This document shows positions 30,164-40,340 of a DNA stretch of 64,000 nt, in pieces (position 1 is the first letter of the stretch; every line of letters starts with the position of its first letter). This stretch comes from an uncultured Clostridia bacterium (lineage in GTDB: Bacteria > Bacillota > Clostridia > Christensenellales > UBA1242): NCBI GenBank assembly GCA_944381135.1, contig CALWJY010000015.1, forward strand, positions 227,453 to 291,452, in the 5' to 3' direction. Below the pieces are notes generated by a model that had not been told where the DNA came from, made no database searches, and saw only the letters and a list, made by a program, of their open reading frames with translations. The position numbers and the translations under genes are program-made.

Positions 30164-30831
30164 TATTCTTGTCCTCCTTTGTTTGCAGGATTTTTAGACA
30201 GAATTTCGCCCTTATAGATCCAGCACTTGATGCCAAGTTTGCCATAGTTTGTGTATGCAGCAGTTTCTGCATAGTCGATGTCAGCACGCAGAGTGTGAAG
30301 TGGAAGAGAACCTTCCATATATTTTTCAGTTCTGCCCATAGTGTTTGCACCATCAATAACACCGCTCACTTGCACTTTGCAACCTTTTGCGCCAGCTTTC
30401 ATAACTCTTTGAAGTGCTTGTTTCAAAGCTCTTCTCCAAGCAATACGCTTTTCAAGTTGTTGAGCAATTGACTCTGCAACAAGGTGCGCGTCAAGGTCTG
30501 GTTTCTTGACTTCTTTGACATTAAGCACAAGGTTTTTGACAGGTCTGACAATTTTGCCAAGTTCTTTCTTAATTTGTTCAATTCCAGCACCTTTTGTGCC
30601 GATGATCATTCCAGGTTTTCCTGTGAAAATGTCAATTTCAAGTTTGTTTTCTGTCCTCTTGATTTCCACTTTGGAAATTCCAGCATTTGCATGTTTTTTT
30701 GCAAAGAATTCTCTGATGTCATGGTCTTCTTTAAGGTTTGCGGCAAAATCTTTCTTGCCAGCATACCATGTTGACTGCCAATCTTTATTTATTCCGATTC
30801 TAAGTCCATATGGATTAACTTTCTGCCCCAT
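30163..30831 (-). CDS. rpsC: 30S ribosomal protein S3
   Basis: [20 protein letters not shown]; KH domain. Confidence 0.97.
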   Translation of the reverse strand: MGQKVNPYGLRIGINKDWQSTWYAGKKDFAANLKEDHDIREFFAKKHANAGISKVEIKRTENKLEIDIFTGKPGMIIGTKGAGIEQIKKELGKIVRPVKNLVLNVKEVKKPDLDAHLVAESIAQQLEKRIAWRRALKQALQRVMKAGAKGCKVQVSGVIDGANTMGRTEKYMEGSLPLHTLRADIDYAETAAYTNYGKLGIKCWIYKGEILSKNPANKGGQE

Positions 30832-31229
30832 TATTTTGCCTCCTTCAACTCATCCAATATCACTGTGATATGACAAGTTCTTTTTAAAACTCTGTTGTCA
30901 ACTCTGCCTCTGCCACGGAATTTCACGCGTCTCATCATTGGACCAGGAGTTGAATAACATTCTGCAACATAGAGGTTGTCTGCTGAAAGACCTTTGTTGT
31001 TCTCAGCGTTTGCAATTGCACTTTTGAGAACTTTAAGGCTTTCTGCTGCGCCAGCTTGTGGCATATATTGAAGCGTTGCCACAGCCTCGTCAACTTTCTT
31101 TCCTCTGATGTTGTCAAGCACAATTCTAACCTTTGAAGAACTCATGCGAATTCCAGTAGCCTTTGCATAAGGACGTTTATCTTTGTTTGCGGCTCTTTTT
31201 TCCGCTTTTTGTCTGATTCTTGTTGCCAT
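30831..31229 (-). CDS. rplV: 50S ribosomal protein L22
   Basis: RMSSSKVRIVLDNIRGKKVDEAVATLQYMP. Confidence 0.95.
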   Translation of the reverse strand: MATRIRQKAEKRAANKDKRPYAKATGIRMSSSKVRIVLDNIRGKKVDEAVATLQYMPQAGAAESLKVLKSAIANAENNKGLSADNLYVAECYSTPGPMMRRVKFRGRGRVDNRVLKRTCHITVILDELKEAK

Positions 31230-31237
31230 ATTTCACC

Positions 31238-31516
31238 TCATTTCCTTTTTGCGGCTTGTTTTTGTCCCGCATGACCTTTGAAGGTTCTTGTCAAAGAGAA
31301 TTCGCCAAGTTTATGACCAACCATGTCTGCAGTCACATAGACAGGAATGTGTTTCTTTCCATTGTGAACAGCAAATGTGAAGCCAATGAATTCTGGATAG
31401 ATGGTTGACCTTCTTGACCAAGTCTTGATTGGTTTCTTAACGCCACTTTCAGCCATTTCGTTGACTTTTTTCATAAGTTTTGGGCTGACATAAGGCTTTT
31501 TCATTTCTTTTCTCAT
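31238..31516 (-). CDS. rpsS: 30S ribosomal protein S19
   Basis: [42 protein letters not shown]. Confidence 0.96.
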   Translation of the reverse strand: MRKEMKKPYVSPKLMKKVNEMAESGVKKPIKTWSRRSTIYPEFIGFTFAVHNGKKHIPVYVTADMVGHKLGEFSLTRTFKGHAGQKQAAKRK

Positions 31517-31528
31517 TTATAGAGCCTC

Positions 31529-32356
31529 CTAATTCACTCTCTTAACCATCAAACGGTTAGATTTGTTTTTCTTCTTTCTGGTCTTAAGTCCAAGTGCAGG
31601 TTTACCCCAAGGAGTTTGAGGTGAAGCCATACCAACAGGACTCTTTCCTTCACCACCGCCGTGTGGGTGGTCATTAGGGTTCATAACAACACCACGAACG
31701 GTTGGACGAACACCCATATGTCTCTTTCTTCCAGCCTTGCCAAGAGAAACAAGTTCGTGGTCAAGGTTTCCAACAGTGCCAAGTGTTGCACGGCAAGCAA
31801 GCAAAACTTTTCTCATTTCACCTGAAGGAAGTTTGAGTGTTGCATACTTTCCTTCTTTTGCCATAAGTTGAATTTCAGCACCAGCAGCACGGCCAAGTTG
31901 TCCGCCTTTCTTTGGTTCAAGTTCGATGTTGTGAATAAGTGAACCAACTGGAATGTCTAAAAGTGGAAGGTTGTTTCCCACTTTGATTTCAACGCCACTT
32001 CCGCTCATCAAGATGTCGCCAACTTTAAGTCCAACAGGAGCGATGATGTATCTCTTTTCGCCATCTTTATATGACAAAAGAGCGATGTATGCTGTGCGGT
32101 TTGGGTCATATTCAATTGCAACAACTTTTGCTGGAACGCCGTCCTTGTTGCGTTTGAAATCGATGATACGATATTTCTTGCGGTTTCCACCGCCTTTGTG
32201 ACGAACTGTCACTTTTCCTGAGTTGTTTCTTCCGGCATGTTTGTTTTTGACAGCCAAAAGAGATTTTTCAGGTTCTTTCTTTGTCAACTCTTCGGTGGAA
32301 AGTTTGGAATAGAATCTTCTTCCTGCCGAAGTTGGATTACTCTTCAAAATAGCCAT
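31529..32356 (-). CDS. rplB: 50S ribosomal protein L2
   Basis: [22 protein letters not shown]...[13 protein letters not shown]. Confidence 0.98.
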   Translation of the reverse strand: MAILKSNPTSAGRRFYSKLSTEELTKKEPEKSLLAVKNKHAGRNNSGKVTVRHKGGGNRKKYRIIDFKRNKDGVPAKVVAIEYDPNRTAYIALLSYKDGEKRYIIAPVGLKVGDILMSGSGVEIKVGNNLPLLDIPVGSLIHNIELEPKKGGQLGRAAGAEIQLMAKEGKYATLKLPSGEMRKVLLACRATLGTVGNLDHELVSLGKAGRKRHMGVRPTVRGVVMNPNDHPHGGGEGKSPVGMASPQTPWGKPALGLKTRKKKNKSNRLMVKRVN

Positions 32357-32373
32357 TTTCTTCTTCCTCCACC

Positions 32374-32676
32374 TTATGACAGACTTTCAAAGAACGCGAT
32401 TGGCTTTGATTTTTCAGTCAATGTGACAACTGCTTTTTTATAGTCACTTGTTCTGCCAACCGTTCTTCCCTGTTTTGTGTTTTGAGATTTTTTGTGCCCT
32501 TTCATGATGAGGGTGTTAACTTTTGCCACTTCAACATTAAACATTTTTTCAACTGCTTGTGCAATTTGAACTTTGTTTGCATTTTTGTTGACAACAAAAC
32601 TGTAGATTTTGTTTTGAATGCCACCATAACTTTTTTCGGTGAGAAGTGGTTTGATGATGATTTCATTTGCTTCCAT
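32374..32676 (-). CDS. rplW: 50S ribosomal protein L23
   Basis: [11 protein letters not shown]...[24 protein letters not shown]. Confidence 0.94.
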   Translation of the reverse strand: MEANEIIIKPLLTEKSYGGIQNKIYSFVVNKNANKVQIAQAVEKMFNVEVAKVNTLIMKGHKKSQNTKQGRTVGRTSDYKKAVVTLTEKSKPIAFFESLS

Positions 32677-33299
32677 TATTCCGCTGCCTCCTGTAAGTAT
32701 TTGATTGCATCTTGTGTCAAAACAATGTTCTTGTTTGCAACAACATCATAAGTGTTCAAAAGTTCGATGTTGACTGTGCTCAAGTTTGGAATGTTTCTGC
32801 TTGCTTTGATTTCAGCATCGGCGTTGTTTGAACCAACAACCAAAACACTGCCATCAAATTTGAATGCTTCAACAAATTTCTGAGCATCTTTTGTTTTTGC
32901 AGATGGAATGTCAAATTTGTCAAGCACTGTGATTTGTTTGTCTGCAAGTTTTTTGCTGAGTGCAGAAAGAAGCGCTGTTCTCTTTGCAACTTTGTTGACT
33001 TTCTTTGAGAAGTCTCTTGGTTTTGGAGCAAAAACAACTCCGCCACCTGTGAATTGTGGGCCTTTTGTGCTGCCCTGTCTTGCCCTACCTGTTCCTTTTT
33101 GTCTGTAAGGCTTTGCTGCATGACCTCGCACTTCACTTCTTGTCAATGTGCTTTTGTTGCCTTGTCTTTGATTGGCGTTATATGCAACCACAACTTCGTG
33201 AATGAGAGGTTCGTTATATTCAACACCGAAGATGTCATCATCAAGAGTGCAAGTGCCAACTTCTTCGGCTTTCATGTTGTAAACTTTAACCTTTGCCAT
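32676..33299 (-). CDS. rplD: 50S ribosomal protein L4
   Basis: RQGNKSTLTRSEVRGHAAKPYRQKGTGRARQGS. Confidence 0.96.
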   Translation of the reverse strand: MAKVKVYNMKAEEVGTCTLDDDIFGVEYNEPLIHEVVVAYNANQRQGNKSTLTRSEVRGHAAKPYRQKGTGRARQGSTKGPQFTGGGVVFAPKPRDFSKKVNKVAKRTALLSALSKKLADKQITVLDKFDIPSAKTKDAQKFVEAFKFDGSVLVVGSNNADAEIKASRNIPNLSTVNIELLNTYDVVANKNIVLTQDAIKYLQEAAE

Positions 33300-33310
33300 T
33301 TCTTTTCTCC

Positions 33311-33934
33311 TTATTTAGCCTTAACCGACTGTCTGATGGTCAGGATTGAACCTTTGCTTCCAGGAACATTGCCTTTAATCAAAAGCAAGTTTCTTTCTGG
33401 ATCGACTTTAACAATCTCCAAATTTTGAATGGTCACTCTTTCATTTCCATATTGTCCTGGCATGTGTTTGTTTTTGAACACGCGCGATGGAGAAGAGTTT
33501 GCACTCATTGAACCAACTTCTCTGTGCACAGGTCCGGTGCCGTGTGACATTTTAAGACGATGTTGATTCCATCTTTTGATGACGCCAGAGAAACCATGTC
33601 CTTTTGTGATTCCAATCACGTCAACTTTGTCTTTTTCTGAGAAGATGTCTGCCCTAACAACGGCGCCAACTTCCAAATCTCCGTCCAAAGCAAGTTCTCT
33701 GAGCACTTTGAAAGGTTCAACCTTTGCTTTGTCGAAAATTCCTTTTTGTGGTTTTGTGACATTCTTTTTCTTCTGGTCGAATGCACAAACAAGTGTGTCA
33801 TATCCGTCCACTTCTTTTGTTTTCTTTTGAACAACTGTCATTGGACCAGCTTCAACAACAGTCACTGGAATAACCAAGCCGTCATCGGTGAAGACTTGTG
33901 TCATGCCAAGTTTTTTACCTAAAATCGCTTTCAC
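33311..33934 (-). CDS. rplC: 50S ribosomal protein L3
   Basis: [12 protein letters not shown]...[16 protein letters not shown]...PGSKG. Confidence 0.97.
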   Translation of the reverse strand: MKAILGKKLGMTQVFTDDGLVIPVTVVEAGPMTVVQKKTKEVDGYDTLVCAFDQKKKNVTKPQKGIFDKAKVEPFKVLRELALDGDLEVGAVVRADIFSEKDKVDVIGITKGHGFSGVIKRWNQHRLKMSHGTGPVHREVGSMSANSSPSRVFKNKHMPGQYGNERVTIQNLEIVKVDPERNLLLIKGNVPGSKGSILTIRQSVKAK

Positions 33935-33945
33935 TTCAAACCTCC

Positions 33946-34254
33946 TTACAGCTTGATGTTAATCTCAACACCGGCTGGAAGTTCAAGTTTCATAAGTGCG
34001 TCAACAGCCTTGCTTGTTGGATTATAGATGTCAATAAGTCTTTTGTGGGTTTTGCTTTCAAATTGTTCTCTCGAATCTTTATCTTTGTGTGGAGAACGAA
34101 TCACTGTCACAACTTCTCTGTCAGTTGGAAGTGGAATTGGCCCTGAAACCTTTGCACCGTTCTTGGTGGCAGTGTCAATAATTCTCTTGCACGCTTCATC
34201 AATGAGGGTGTGTTCATAGGCTCTAAGTTTGATTCTCATTTTTTGTGTTGCCAT
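33946..34254 (-). CDS. rpsJ: 30S ribosomal protein S10
   Basis: [14 protein letters not shown]...SGPIPLPT...[16 protein letters not shown]. Confidence 0.97.
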   Translation of the reverse strand: MATQKMRIKLRAYEHTLIDEACKRIIDTATKNGAKVSGPIPLPTDREVVTVIRSPHKDKDSREQFESKTHKRLIDIYNPTSKAVDALMKLELPAGVEINIKL

Positions 34255-34520
34255 TTTTTCTTAATATACCTCCTGCAATAAACTCTCCAAAATGTTGCAT
34301 TTTCTTAAGCGGTGAAATATGTCCTCAAAAACAAGTTGTCCCCACAAACAGTTTTGTTTTCCCGAACACTACCCCGCGTGTGTCATGCTGTGTGACTTAA
34401 AAAAATGTCATTTTGGACGCCTCAGCTCGTTGACTGAGACTTGGTCCACACAAATTTTTTGCTCACTGCTTGATAAGTGGCAATAACCTTGTGTTTCGTC
34501 CCATTAATAACAGCACATTC

Positions 34521-34549
34521 ATTATAGCATCCAAAACGACACTTGTCAA
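34521..34549 (-). promoter_or_regulatory. consensus sigma-A promoter of the S10 operon
   Basis: Minus strand reads TTGACA (34549-34544), exactly 17 nt, then TATAAT (34526-34521). Lies about 265 nt upstream of the rpsJ ATG. Confidence 0.7.
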
Positions 34550-35010
34550 CAATTTTTCAAAAGTTTTTTCAAGAATATGAAAAGATTTTTCTGAAAATTT
34601 AAAAGATTGCTCACTTCAACGCCATCCAACCAAAAAACCTCAACACCATCCCAACAAAAACCACATATAATATGTAATCATAAATAAATTAAATTTAAAA
34701 TAATATAAAAGGACAATTAATTGATAATGCAATCAAGGGTTCTCAACCCTTTCTAAAAATAAACAACACATTCTTAGAATCTCATTCTTCAATAGGAGAG
34801 CCGCGACCGCGTCATGACCTGCACTTAAACTCGGCTTGCTTTTCGCAAGCGCTCGGAAGATGTTTGGTCATTCCTTTTCCCAAAAATTTAACAATTTTCG
34901 GGAACTCATTTTAATTTCGCGTTTTTAGAATGTGGCAATGCCACCGAAAACAAGCGAAAGGGCGATACTTTTGCCACAAGTGGCAAAATGAGCAAACAGC
35001 ACAGTTTTCG

Positions 35011-36996
35011 CTATCTTCCGTGCATTCCCCCGCCTCCTCCGCCTCCACCGGAAGAGCCATGGAAACCTCCACCACCAAAACTTCTTCCGCCAGAAATGCC
35101 AGAGCCTCTTGCCATGTTGACCACACTCACTCTCATCATTGAATGACTTAAAGCAATTCCAAAAGCAGTGGCAGACTTGCCTCCATAGAATTCTGGATTT
35201 GAGACTTTCAAACTTGCAAATTTTGCTTCCATTTTCTTGGTGATTCCAAAAACATAGCAAAACGGTAAGATGTCAAAATAATAATTTGGATTTTCTTCAA
35301 TCAGCGCTTCCAAGCGGTCAAGTTCAGCCGCCACCAAAAAGTTTTTAAAGCCCAAAATCTTTCCGCGGACTTTCATCTCTTGCTCGGAAAACGCTTTAAG
35401 CAAAAGCACCGCAAAATTTCCAAGCACAAAAATTGCCAAACAAACATACAAAAGTCCAAATGTGTCATAGACACTCATCATTGACATTGCCAGCGCAACA
35501 AGTGGCAAACCTCCAAACAGCCCACACCAAACAATCTTGAATCCAATCGGCATTGGAATATAAACCGCCACCAAAATTGCCACAACTGGAAAGAGCAGAA
35601 TGAAAAACATCACTGCACTTGAAAAGCCCAAAACAATGTTCCAAATTATGAAAAGAAAGAGCGGGAGAATTGACAGCACATGAATGGCAATTCTCAGCGG
35701 TTTAAGTGTTTTCAACTTCGCTTTCTCGACATCATAGAGAGCCTTGACAGCCTTGTTCACTTTCGAACTTGCAATTTTGGTTTGAGACAAATCAACTGTT
35801 TCACCTTTTTCAAACAACGCGTCAAAATATGCTTTCTCAAGTTTTTTCGATTTTGCCAACTCGCTTTGCAATTCAACCTCAGGCAAATCTTTAAGTTTTG
35901 TGATTGAGATGTCGTCATCCACATTCTTGATGGAAACATAGCCTTGCCCTGCCCAATATATGACAAGCGAAGCAAAATCTTTCGCCTTGATTCTGCCCCG
36001 ATATGCCCGCGCCACATCAAGTGGAGAATGGTCCTTTGGCGGATAGAACTCCACCGTGGTGACAACTACTTTTCCTTTTCGGTTTATGACAATCAAAACA
36101 ACCATCGCCACCACAGCAATCACACAGAGCGCAAGCACAACAAAATAGAGCGGATTTGGCGTGTAGGAAGTGTTGAAATATCCGTCTGGCAAAATAAGTT
36201 GCATGGTCAGCCCTGTTTGACTTCCAAGATTTTCAAGACTGCAAGAGATGGTGTTTCCGCTTATGGAAAAATTGACATCTTCAAAACTCATCCCTTCCAT
36301 TTCATTTGTTCTGAAAGACAAAATTTCAGAAATGTCTTGCCCGCCAGATAAAAACTTTTTTGGAAGTGTTATGGTTGCCGAAAAACTTTCCACATCACTT
36401 GCATAGCCATAGTCCATGACATCAAAGGTGAAGTCATCAAACGCGCCAATAAAGTCCTCGCCCATGTCATAGCGATATAAAATTTCATAGACATGCGTGC
36501 CAACCTTATAATCTCCGTCAGCACCCGTATTGATATAATAATATTCCGAGTCCTCTTCCACAAAATTGAACTCTTCTTCTCCGTCCATTGTCACGCCAAG
36601 AAGTTCAAAATCGCTGATTGTGGTTGTGACATATTCCTTTCCATCAACAATTCGCGTGATTCGATTGACTTTTGAGATGTTTTTCAAAAGCCCCACATTT
36701 ATTCCCGGATTTTCAAAAGTGACAGTGATGCGTTCGGTGATTTCGCAAACTTTTTCATCCAAGACAACAATCTGTTTCTCCACCGAATTGTATGTGACAT
36801 TTGTGTCTCTGATGTCTGCATATGCCTTTTCATTTGAAAATGCAAACGGCAAGAAAAACAATGCAAAAACTGCAAACAAAGCAAGCACAAAGCATAAAAG
36901 ACTTTTTGTTTTTGACCGTCTTTCAGTCGGCGTCAAAAACGCATTTTGAAACAATTTCCCATTCATCAATTTCATTATATCAGAAAAAACAACCAT
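35011..36996 (-). CDS. DUF2207-family membrane protein with Gly-rich C-terminal tail
   Basis: N-terminal TM plus extracellular domain, several TM helices in the C-terminal half, and a tail GGRSFGGGGFHGSSGGGGGGGGMHGR typical of this family (recollection). Confidence 0.7.
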   Translation of the reverse strand: MVVFSDIMKLMNGKLFQNAFLTPTERRSKTKSLLCFVLALFAVFALFFLPFAFSNEKAYADIRDTNVTYNSVEKQIVVLDEKVCEITERITVTFENPGINVGLLKNISKVNRITRIVDGKEYVTTTISDFELLGVTMDGEEEFNFVEEDSEYYYINTGADGDYKVGTHVYEILYRYDMGEDFIGAFDDFTFDVMDYGYASDVESFSATITLPKKFLSGGQDISEILSFRTNEMEGMSFEDVNFSISGNTISCSLENLGSQTGLTMQLILPDGYFNTSYTPNPLYFVVLALCVIAVVAMVVLIVINRKGKVVVTTVEFYPPKDHSPLDVARAYRGRIKAKDFASLVIYWAGQGYVSIKNVDDDISITKLKDLPEVELQSELAKSKKLEKAYFDALFEKGETVDLSQTKIASSKVNKAVKALYDVEKAKLKTLKPLRIAIHVLSILPLFLFIIWNIVLGFSSAVMFFILLFPVVAILVAVYIPMPIGFKIVWCGLFGGLPLVALAMSMMSVYDTFGLLYVCLAIFVLGNFAVLLLKAFSEQEMKVRGKILGFKNFLVAAELDRLEALIEENPNYYFDILPFCYVFGITKKMEAKFASLKVSNPEFYGGKSATAFGIALSHSMMRVSVVNMARGSGISGGRSFGGGGFHGSSGGGGGGGGMHGR

Positions 36997-37163
36997 TTTA
37001 AAACTTTTATTATGTGTTTTCTGAAAAATTTGAAGAATAATAAAGAAAAATAAAAGAAAAAAATAAAGAATAAAGAAAAATTAAAACAAAGAAAAACTAA
37101 AAATAAATTTTTTAATAATTGCAAAAACGATTAAACACATAAAAAGAGTCATTGCCTCTATTA

Positions 37164-37194
37164 AACAAAAAAACAACCACATTTTTGGTGGTTG
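37164..37194 (-). terminator. rho-independent terminator after the lipoprotein gene
   Basis: Minus strand CAACCAC-CAAAAAT-GTGGTTG followed by a U8 run. Confidence 0.7.
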
Positions 37195-37239
37195 CTTTCT
37201 TTTGATTTAAATTTTGCATGAAAGTGCTTAATTCAAACC

Positions 37240-38709
37240 TTATTCTTCTGTTGTGTGTCTTGATTCAATGTTTGTCAAACCAAGAAGTTGATAGTTTCCG
37301 TCAAGTGTTGATGCATTTGCGCGATAGAGATAATAATTTTCATCTGTCTCTTCATCGGTTTCCTCTTCACTGCTGTCTTTATCTTCTTCAACAGTTTCAA
37401 GTTGAGCATAGAAATAGATATATTTTCCGTCATATGCATAAAGCCCGCTGTTTTGAATTGCCGTCATTGTCACAACAGTTGCGCAGTCAATTGTCACATT
37501 TCCGCCATTGCCGTTGAAAGCTTGCGAAAGGTCAACACGATAGATTCCTGTGCTGGTGGAAACAAACATTGTTTGACCACTCACGAGAAGAACTGCATAT
37601 GAAGTGATTTCGCTGCCCTCACTTTGCAAAGTGATTGCGCCACTCTTTGTGCCGTCCAAAGTGGAATATCTAAGCGCCTCATTTGCCGTGTAGACATAGC
37701 CCAAATCTCTGAAGCCTAATTCGTTTTCGCTTGACCTTGAAACAGTGTTGAGGTTTGTGATTGAACTTGCTGAAACAAAGCGAGTTTTGGTTGAAAATGG
37801 GTTCAAAGTGCTGGAAGTGTCAGAAACATCTGCAGTGTAGATTTCTGCTGTGCCACTTCGTGTTTCAGAATAAAACACAACATCTCTTTTGCGATCAACA
37901 AGTGTGATGTCTGTGTTTGCGCCATAAACTCTTTCAGCCTCGCCACCAGAAAGCGCCACACGATAGACCACATTTCCCGTAAGTCCCGAACTTGTCTCTT
38001 CGCGCGCTGTGGTGTAGTAAATATATCCGTTGAAATTGAGACTGCTTCCAAGTTTATCTTTTTGATAAGTCTCTGGCATTGCCACACTTGAAACACCTGT
38101 TACAATTTCTTCAGCGTTGTTGTTTGACAAGTCAATTTTTACAAGGGTGTCGCCTGCAAAAATGACAAGATAATATGTGTCACCCGCTTTGAGCACTTCC
38201 ATCTCAGAAACTTCGCCATTTGTGGTGTAGATTCTTGTTTTGCCGTTGCCATTAAGCCCACTGCGATAGATGGTTGTGTAGTTGAAATATTGCGCTGTTG
38301 CACCGTCTGCATCTGTTGCCTTTTGTGTGTTTGGTGTGGCATAGTAGATGTATTGCCCAAGCACAAACATGAAGTCGTTTCCATGCCCTGCAACCTCGTT
38401 TGCAACCTTGTCAACTTCAGTTGGAGAATAGTCCCCGCTTGTTGCCTCATAGGCATTTGTGTCAAGGCGTGCAAGATAGGAAACGCGTGCGCTGGTGCGA
38501 TAGTCACTCACTGTGGAGAAAGAGGAATAGTCTGCATATGCATTGCCATAATAAAGATAGCCATCCACCCTGACAGCCGAATTTCCATTATAAATCAATT
38601 CTTCACTGCTGTTGTGAATGTTGCTGACCGTTGCACAACCTGCAAGACAAGTTGTCAGTGCAAAGCCCATCATAAGCACACAGCACAAAAGTTTAGCCCA
38701 TTTTTTCAT
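37240..38709 (-). CDS. lipoprotein with repeated beta-propeller-like Y-I-Y-Y motifs (DUF5050-like)
   Basis: MKKWAKLLCCVLMMGFALTTCLAGC lipobox. Recurrent GYLYYGN / QYIYYAT / GYIYYTT / KYIYFYA blades. Acidic C-terminal tail. Start set at the ATG at 38709 after GGAG. Confidence 0.7.
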   Translation of the reverse strand: MKKWAKLLCCVLMMGFALTTCLAGCATVSNIHNSSEELIYNGNSAVRVDGYLYYGNAYADYSSFSTVSDYRTSARVSYLARLDTNAYEATSGDYSPTEVDKVANEVAGHGNDFMFVLGQYIYYATPNTQKATDADGATAQYFNYTTIYRSGLNGNGKTRIYTTNGEVSEMEVLKAGDTYYLVIFAGDTLVKIDLSNNNAEEIVTGVSSVAMPETYQKDKLGSSLNFNGYIYYTTAREETSSGLTGNVVYRVALSGGEAERVYGANTDITLVDRKRDVVFYSETRSGTAEIYTADVSDTSSTLNPFSTKTRFVSASSITNLNTVSRSSENELGFRDLGYVYTANEALRYSTLDGTKSGAITLQSEGSEITSYAVLLVSGQTMFVSTSTGIYRVDLSQAFNGNGGNVTIDCATVVTMTAIQNSGLYAYDGKYIYFYAQLETVEEDKDSSEEETDEETDENYYLYRANASTLDGNYQLLGLTNIESRHTTEE

Positions 38710-38924
38710 AAAAACTCCAAAAGATACATTCATATTACAATATTATTAACCCAAAAGTCAATTATTTTTCAGTGACAGCGTCACTTTTTTTAATTTATAG
38801 CACCGCCTTTTTGTTTTTTATTTTATATCTTTAATATTGACTTGAATAACTCTAAGATTTCAAAATTTATTTTTTCAAATTTATTTGCAAATCTATTTTT
38901 CAATTTTTGACTTTCAAAATTTAA

Positions 38925-38958
38925 AACATAAAGAAAGGCGAGCCTTTGCCCGCCTTTT
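38925..38958 (-). terminator. rho-independent terminator after rplA
   Basis: Minus strand GGCGGGC-AAAG-GCTCGCC followed by UUUCUUUAUGUUUU. Confidence 0.65.
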
Positions 38959-38962
38959 GTTT

Positions 38963-39646
38963 TTACATTGTGTATGCAACTTTCACACCAGGTCCCATGC
39001 TTGAAGCAAGAGAAACATTTTTGATGTATTGTCCTTTTGCAGCGGCTGGTTTTGCTTTGACAATTGCGTCCATAACTGCATTGAAGTTTTCAACCAATTT
39101 GTCTTTTCCAAAACTCTTCTTTCCGATGATGACGTGAATGTTGTTTGCTTTGTCCAAACGATATTCCACCTTTCCGGCTTTAACATCTTTGATTGCTTTT
39201 GCAACATCCATTGTCACAGTTCCGCTTTTTGGGTTTGGCATCAAGCCTTTAGGCCCCAAAATTCTTGCAATTCTTCCGACAACACCCATCATGTCTGGTG
39301 TTGTGATGCAGACATCAAAATCAAGCCATCCGCCATTGATTTTTGCAACAATTTCTTCAGCACCAACAATGTCAGCACCTGCCTTTGTTGCCTCGTCTGC
39401 CTTATCCCCACGAGCAATCACAAGCACGCGAACAGTTTTTCCTGTTCCGTTTGGAAGAACAACCACACCACGAACTTGTTGGTCTGCATTTCTTCCATCA
39501 ACGCCAAGGCGAACGTGAAGTTCAATTGATTCGTCAAATTTTGCTGTGGCAGTGTTGATGACATTTTCCATTGCGGAATTGATGTCATATGAAGTTTGTT
39601 TATCAAAACTTTCGAGGGTTTTCAAATATCTCTTACCTTTTTTCAT
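38963..39646 (-). CDS. rplA: 50S ribosomal protein L1
   Basis: MKKGKRYLK... preceded by [24 protein letters not shown]; GKTVRVLV. Confidence 0.96.
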   Translation of the reverse strand: MKKGKRYLKTLESFDKQTSYDINSAMENVINTATAKFDESIELHVRLGVDGRNADQQVRGVVVLPNGTGKTVRVLVIARGDKADEATKAGADIVGAEEIVAKINGGWLDFDVCITTPDMMGVVGRIARILGPKGLMPNPKSGTVTMDVAKAIKDVKAGKVEYRLDKANNIHVIIGKKSFGKDKLVENFNAVMDAIVKAKPAAAKGQYIKNVSLASSMGPGVKVAYTM

Positions 39647-39659
39647 CTCATTCCCTCCA

Positions 39660-40085
39660 TCAGTCCACAACTTCAACGCCCATGCTTCTTGCTGCACCAG
39701 CAATCATGGACATTGCGCTTTCAATTGAGTCAGCATTCAAATCTGGCATTTTTGTTTCTGCGATTTTTCTGATCTGCTCTTTTGTGATTTTTCCGACTTT
39801 TTGTTTGTTTGGTTTTGCAGAGCCCTTTTCAATTCCAATTGCTTTTTTGATGAGCACTGCTGCAGGTGGTGTCTTCAATTCGAATGTGAAAGACCTATCT
39901 TCAAAGATGGTGATCACAACAGGAATGATGAACCCTGCTTGAGAAGCGGTTTTATCATTGAATTCTTTAACAAAACCAGCAATGTTGATTCCGTGAGGTC
40001 CAAGTGAAGAACCCACAGGTGGTCCCGGAGTGGCTTTGCCCGCTTCAAGTTGCAATTTGACAACTGCTTTAACTTTCTTTGCCAT
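39660..40085 (-). CDS. rplK: 50S ribosomal protein L11
   Basis: [26 protein letters not shown]... Confidence 0.97.
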   Translation of the reverse strand: MAKKVKAVVKLQLEAGKATPGPPVGSSLGPHGINIAGFVKEFNDKTASQAGFIIPVVITIFEDRSFTFELKTPPAAVLIKKAIGIEKGSAKPNKQKVGKITKEQIRKIAETKMPDLNADSIESAMSMIAGAARSMGVEVVD

Positions 40086-40340
40086 TTTTCCCTCCTATGT
40101 TGTGGTGTTGATTTGAGTCTTGGCATTGACTCTCCCACGATTTTTTCTGAGGATTTTCCAAAATTTTGAGTTAAAAAACAAGGTTTTCTTCGCCAAGATT
40201 TCGATTTGTTCCCCAATTTTCTCCCTTTAATTTTTGTCTTTATGTCGGAAGAATTTCATAAAGCCAAAGCAGTTTAATGTCATACTTAGGACAAATTTTA
40301 AGAAACACCAAAAGTTTTAAATTATTTTATGAAATCTTAA

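Noticed and set aside
34790-34905. SRP (4.5S) RNA, tRNA, T-box or a common riboswitch.
   Set aside because: The AUGACGCG similarity to E. coli 4.5S is only 8 nt, and the diagnostic GGAA tetraloop and AGCAGC helix-8 motif are absent. There is no cloverleaf, no T-box GGUGGNACCGCG, and no SAM, TPP or glycine core motifs. It is kept only as an unassigned structured element.
34911-35260. Three overlapping short ORFs (both strands) at the 3' end of the DUF2207 gene.
   Set aside because: They are generated by the GC-rich Gly-codon repeat (GGx)n of the DUF2207 tail. Their Arg/Trp/Ser-rich products are typical out-of-frame artefacts.
37020-37130. Shared 14-mer AGAATAAAGAAAAA with the reverse complement of 42170-42235, as a possible dispersed repeat.
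   Set aside because: Both regions are extreme A/T low complexity, so a 14-nt match is not convincing evidence of homology.
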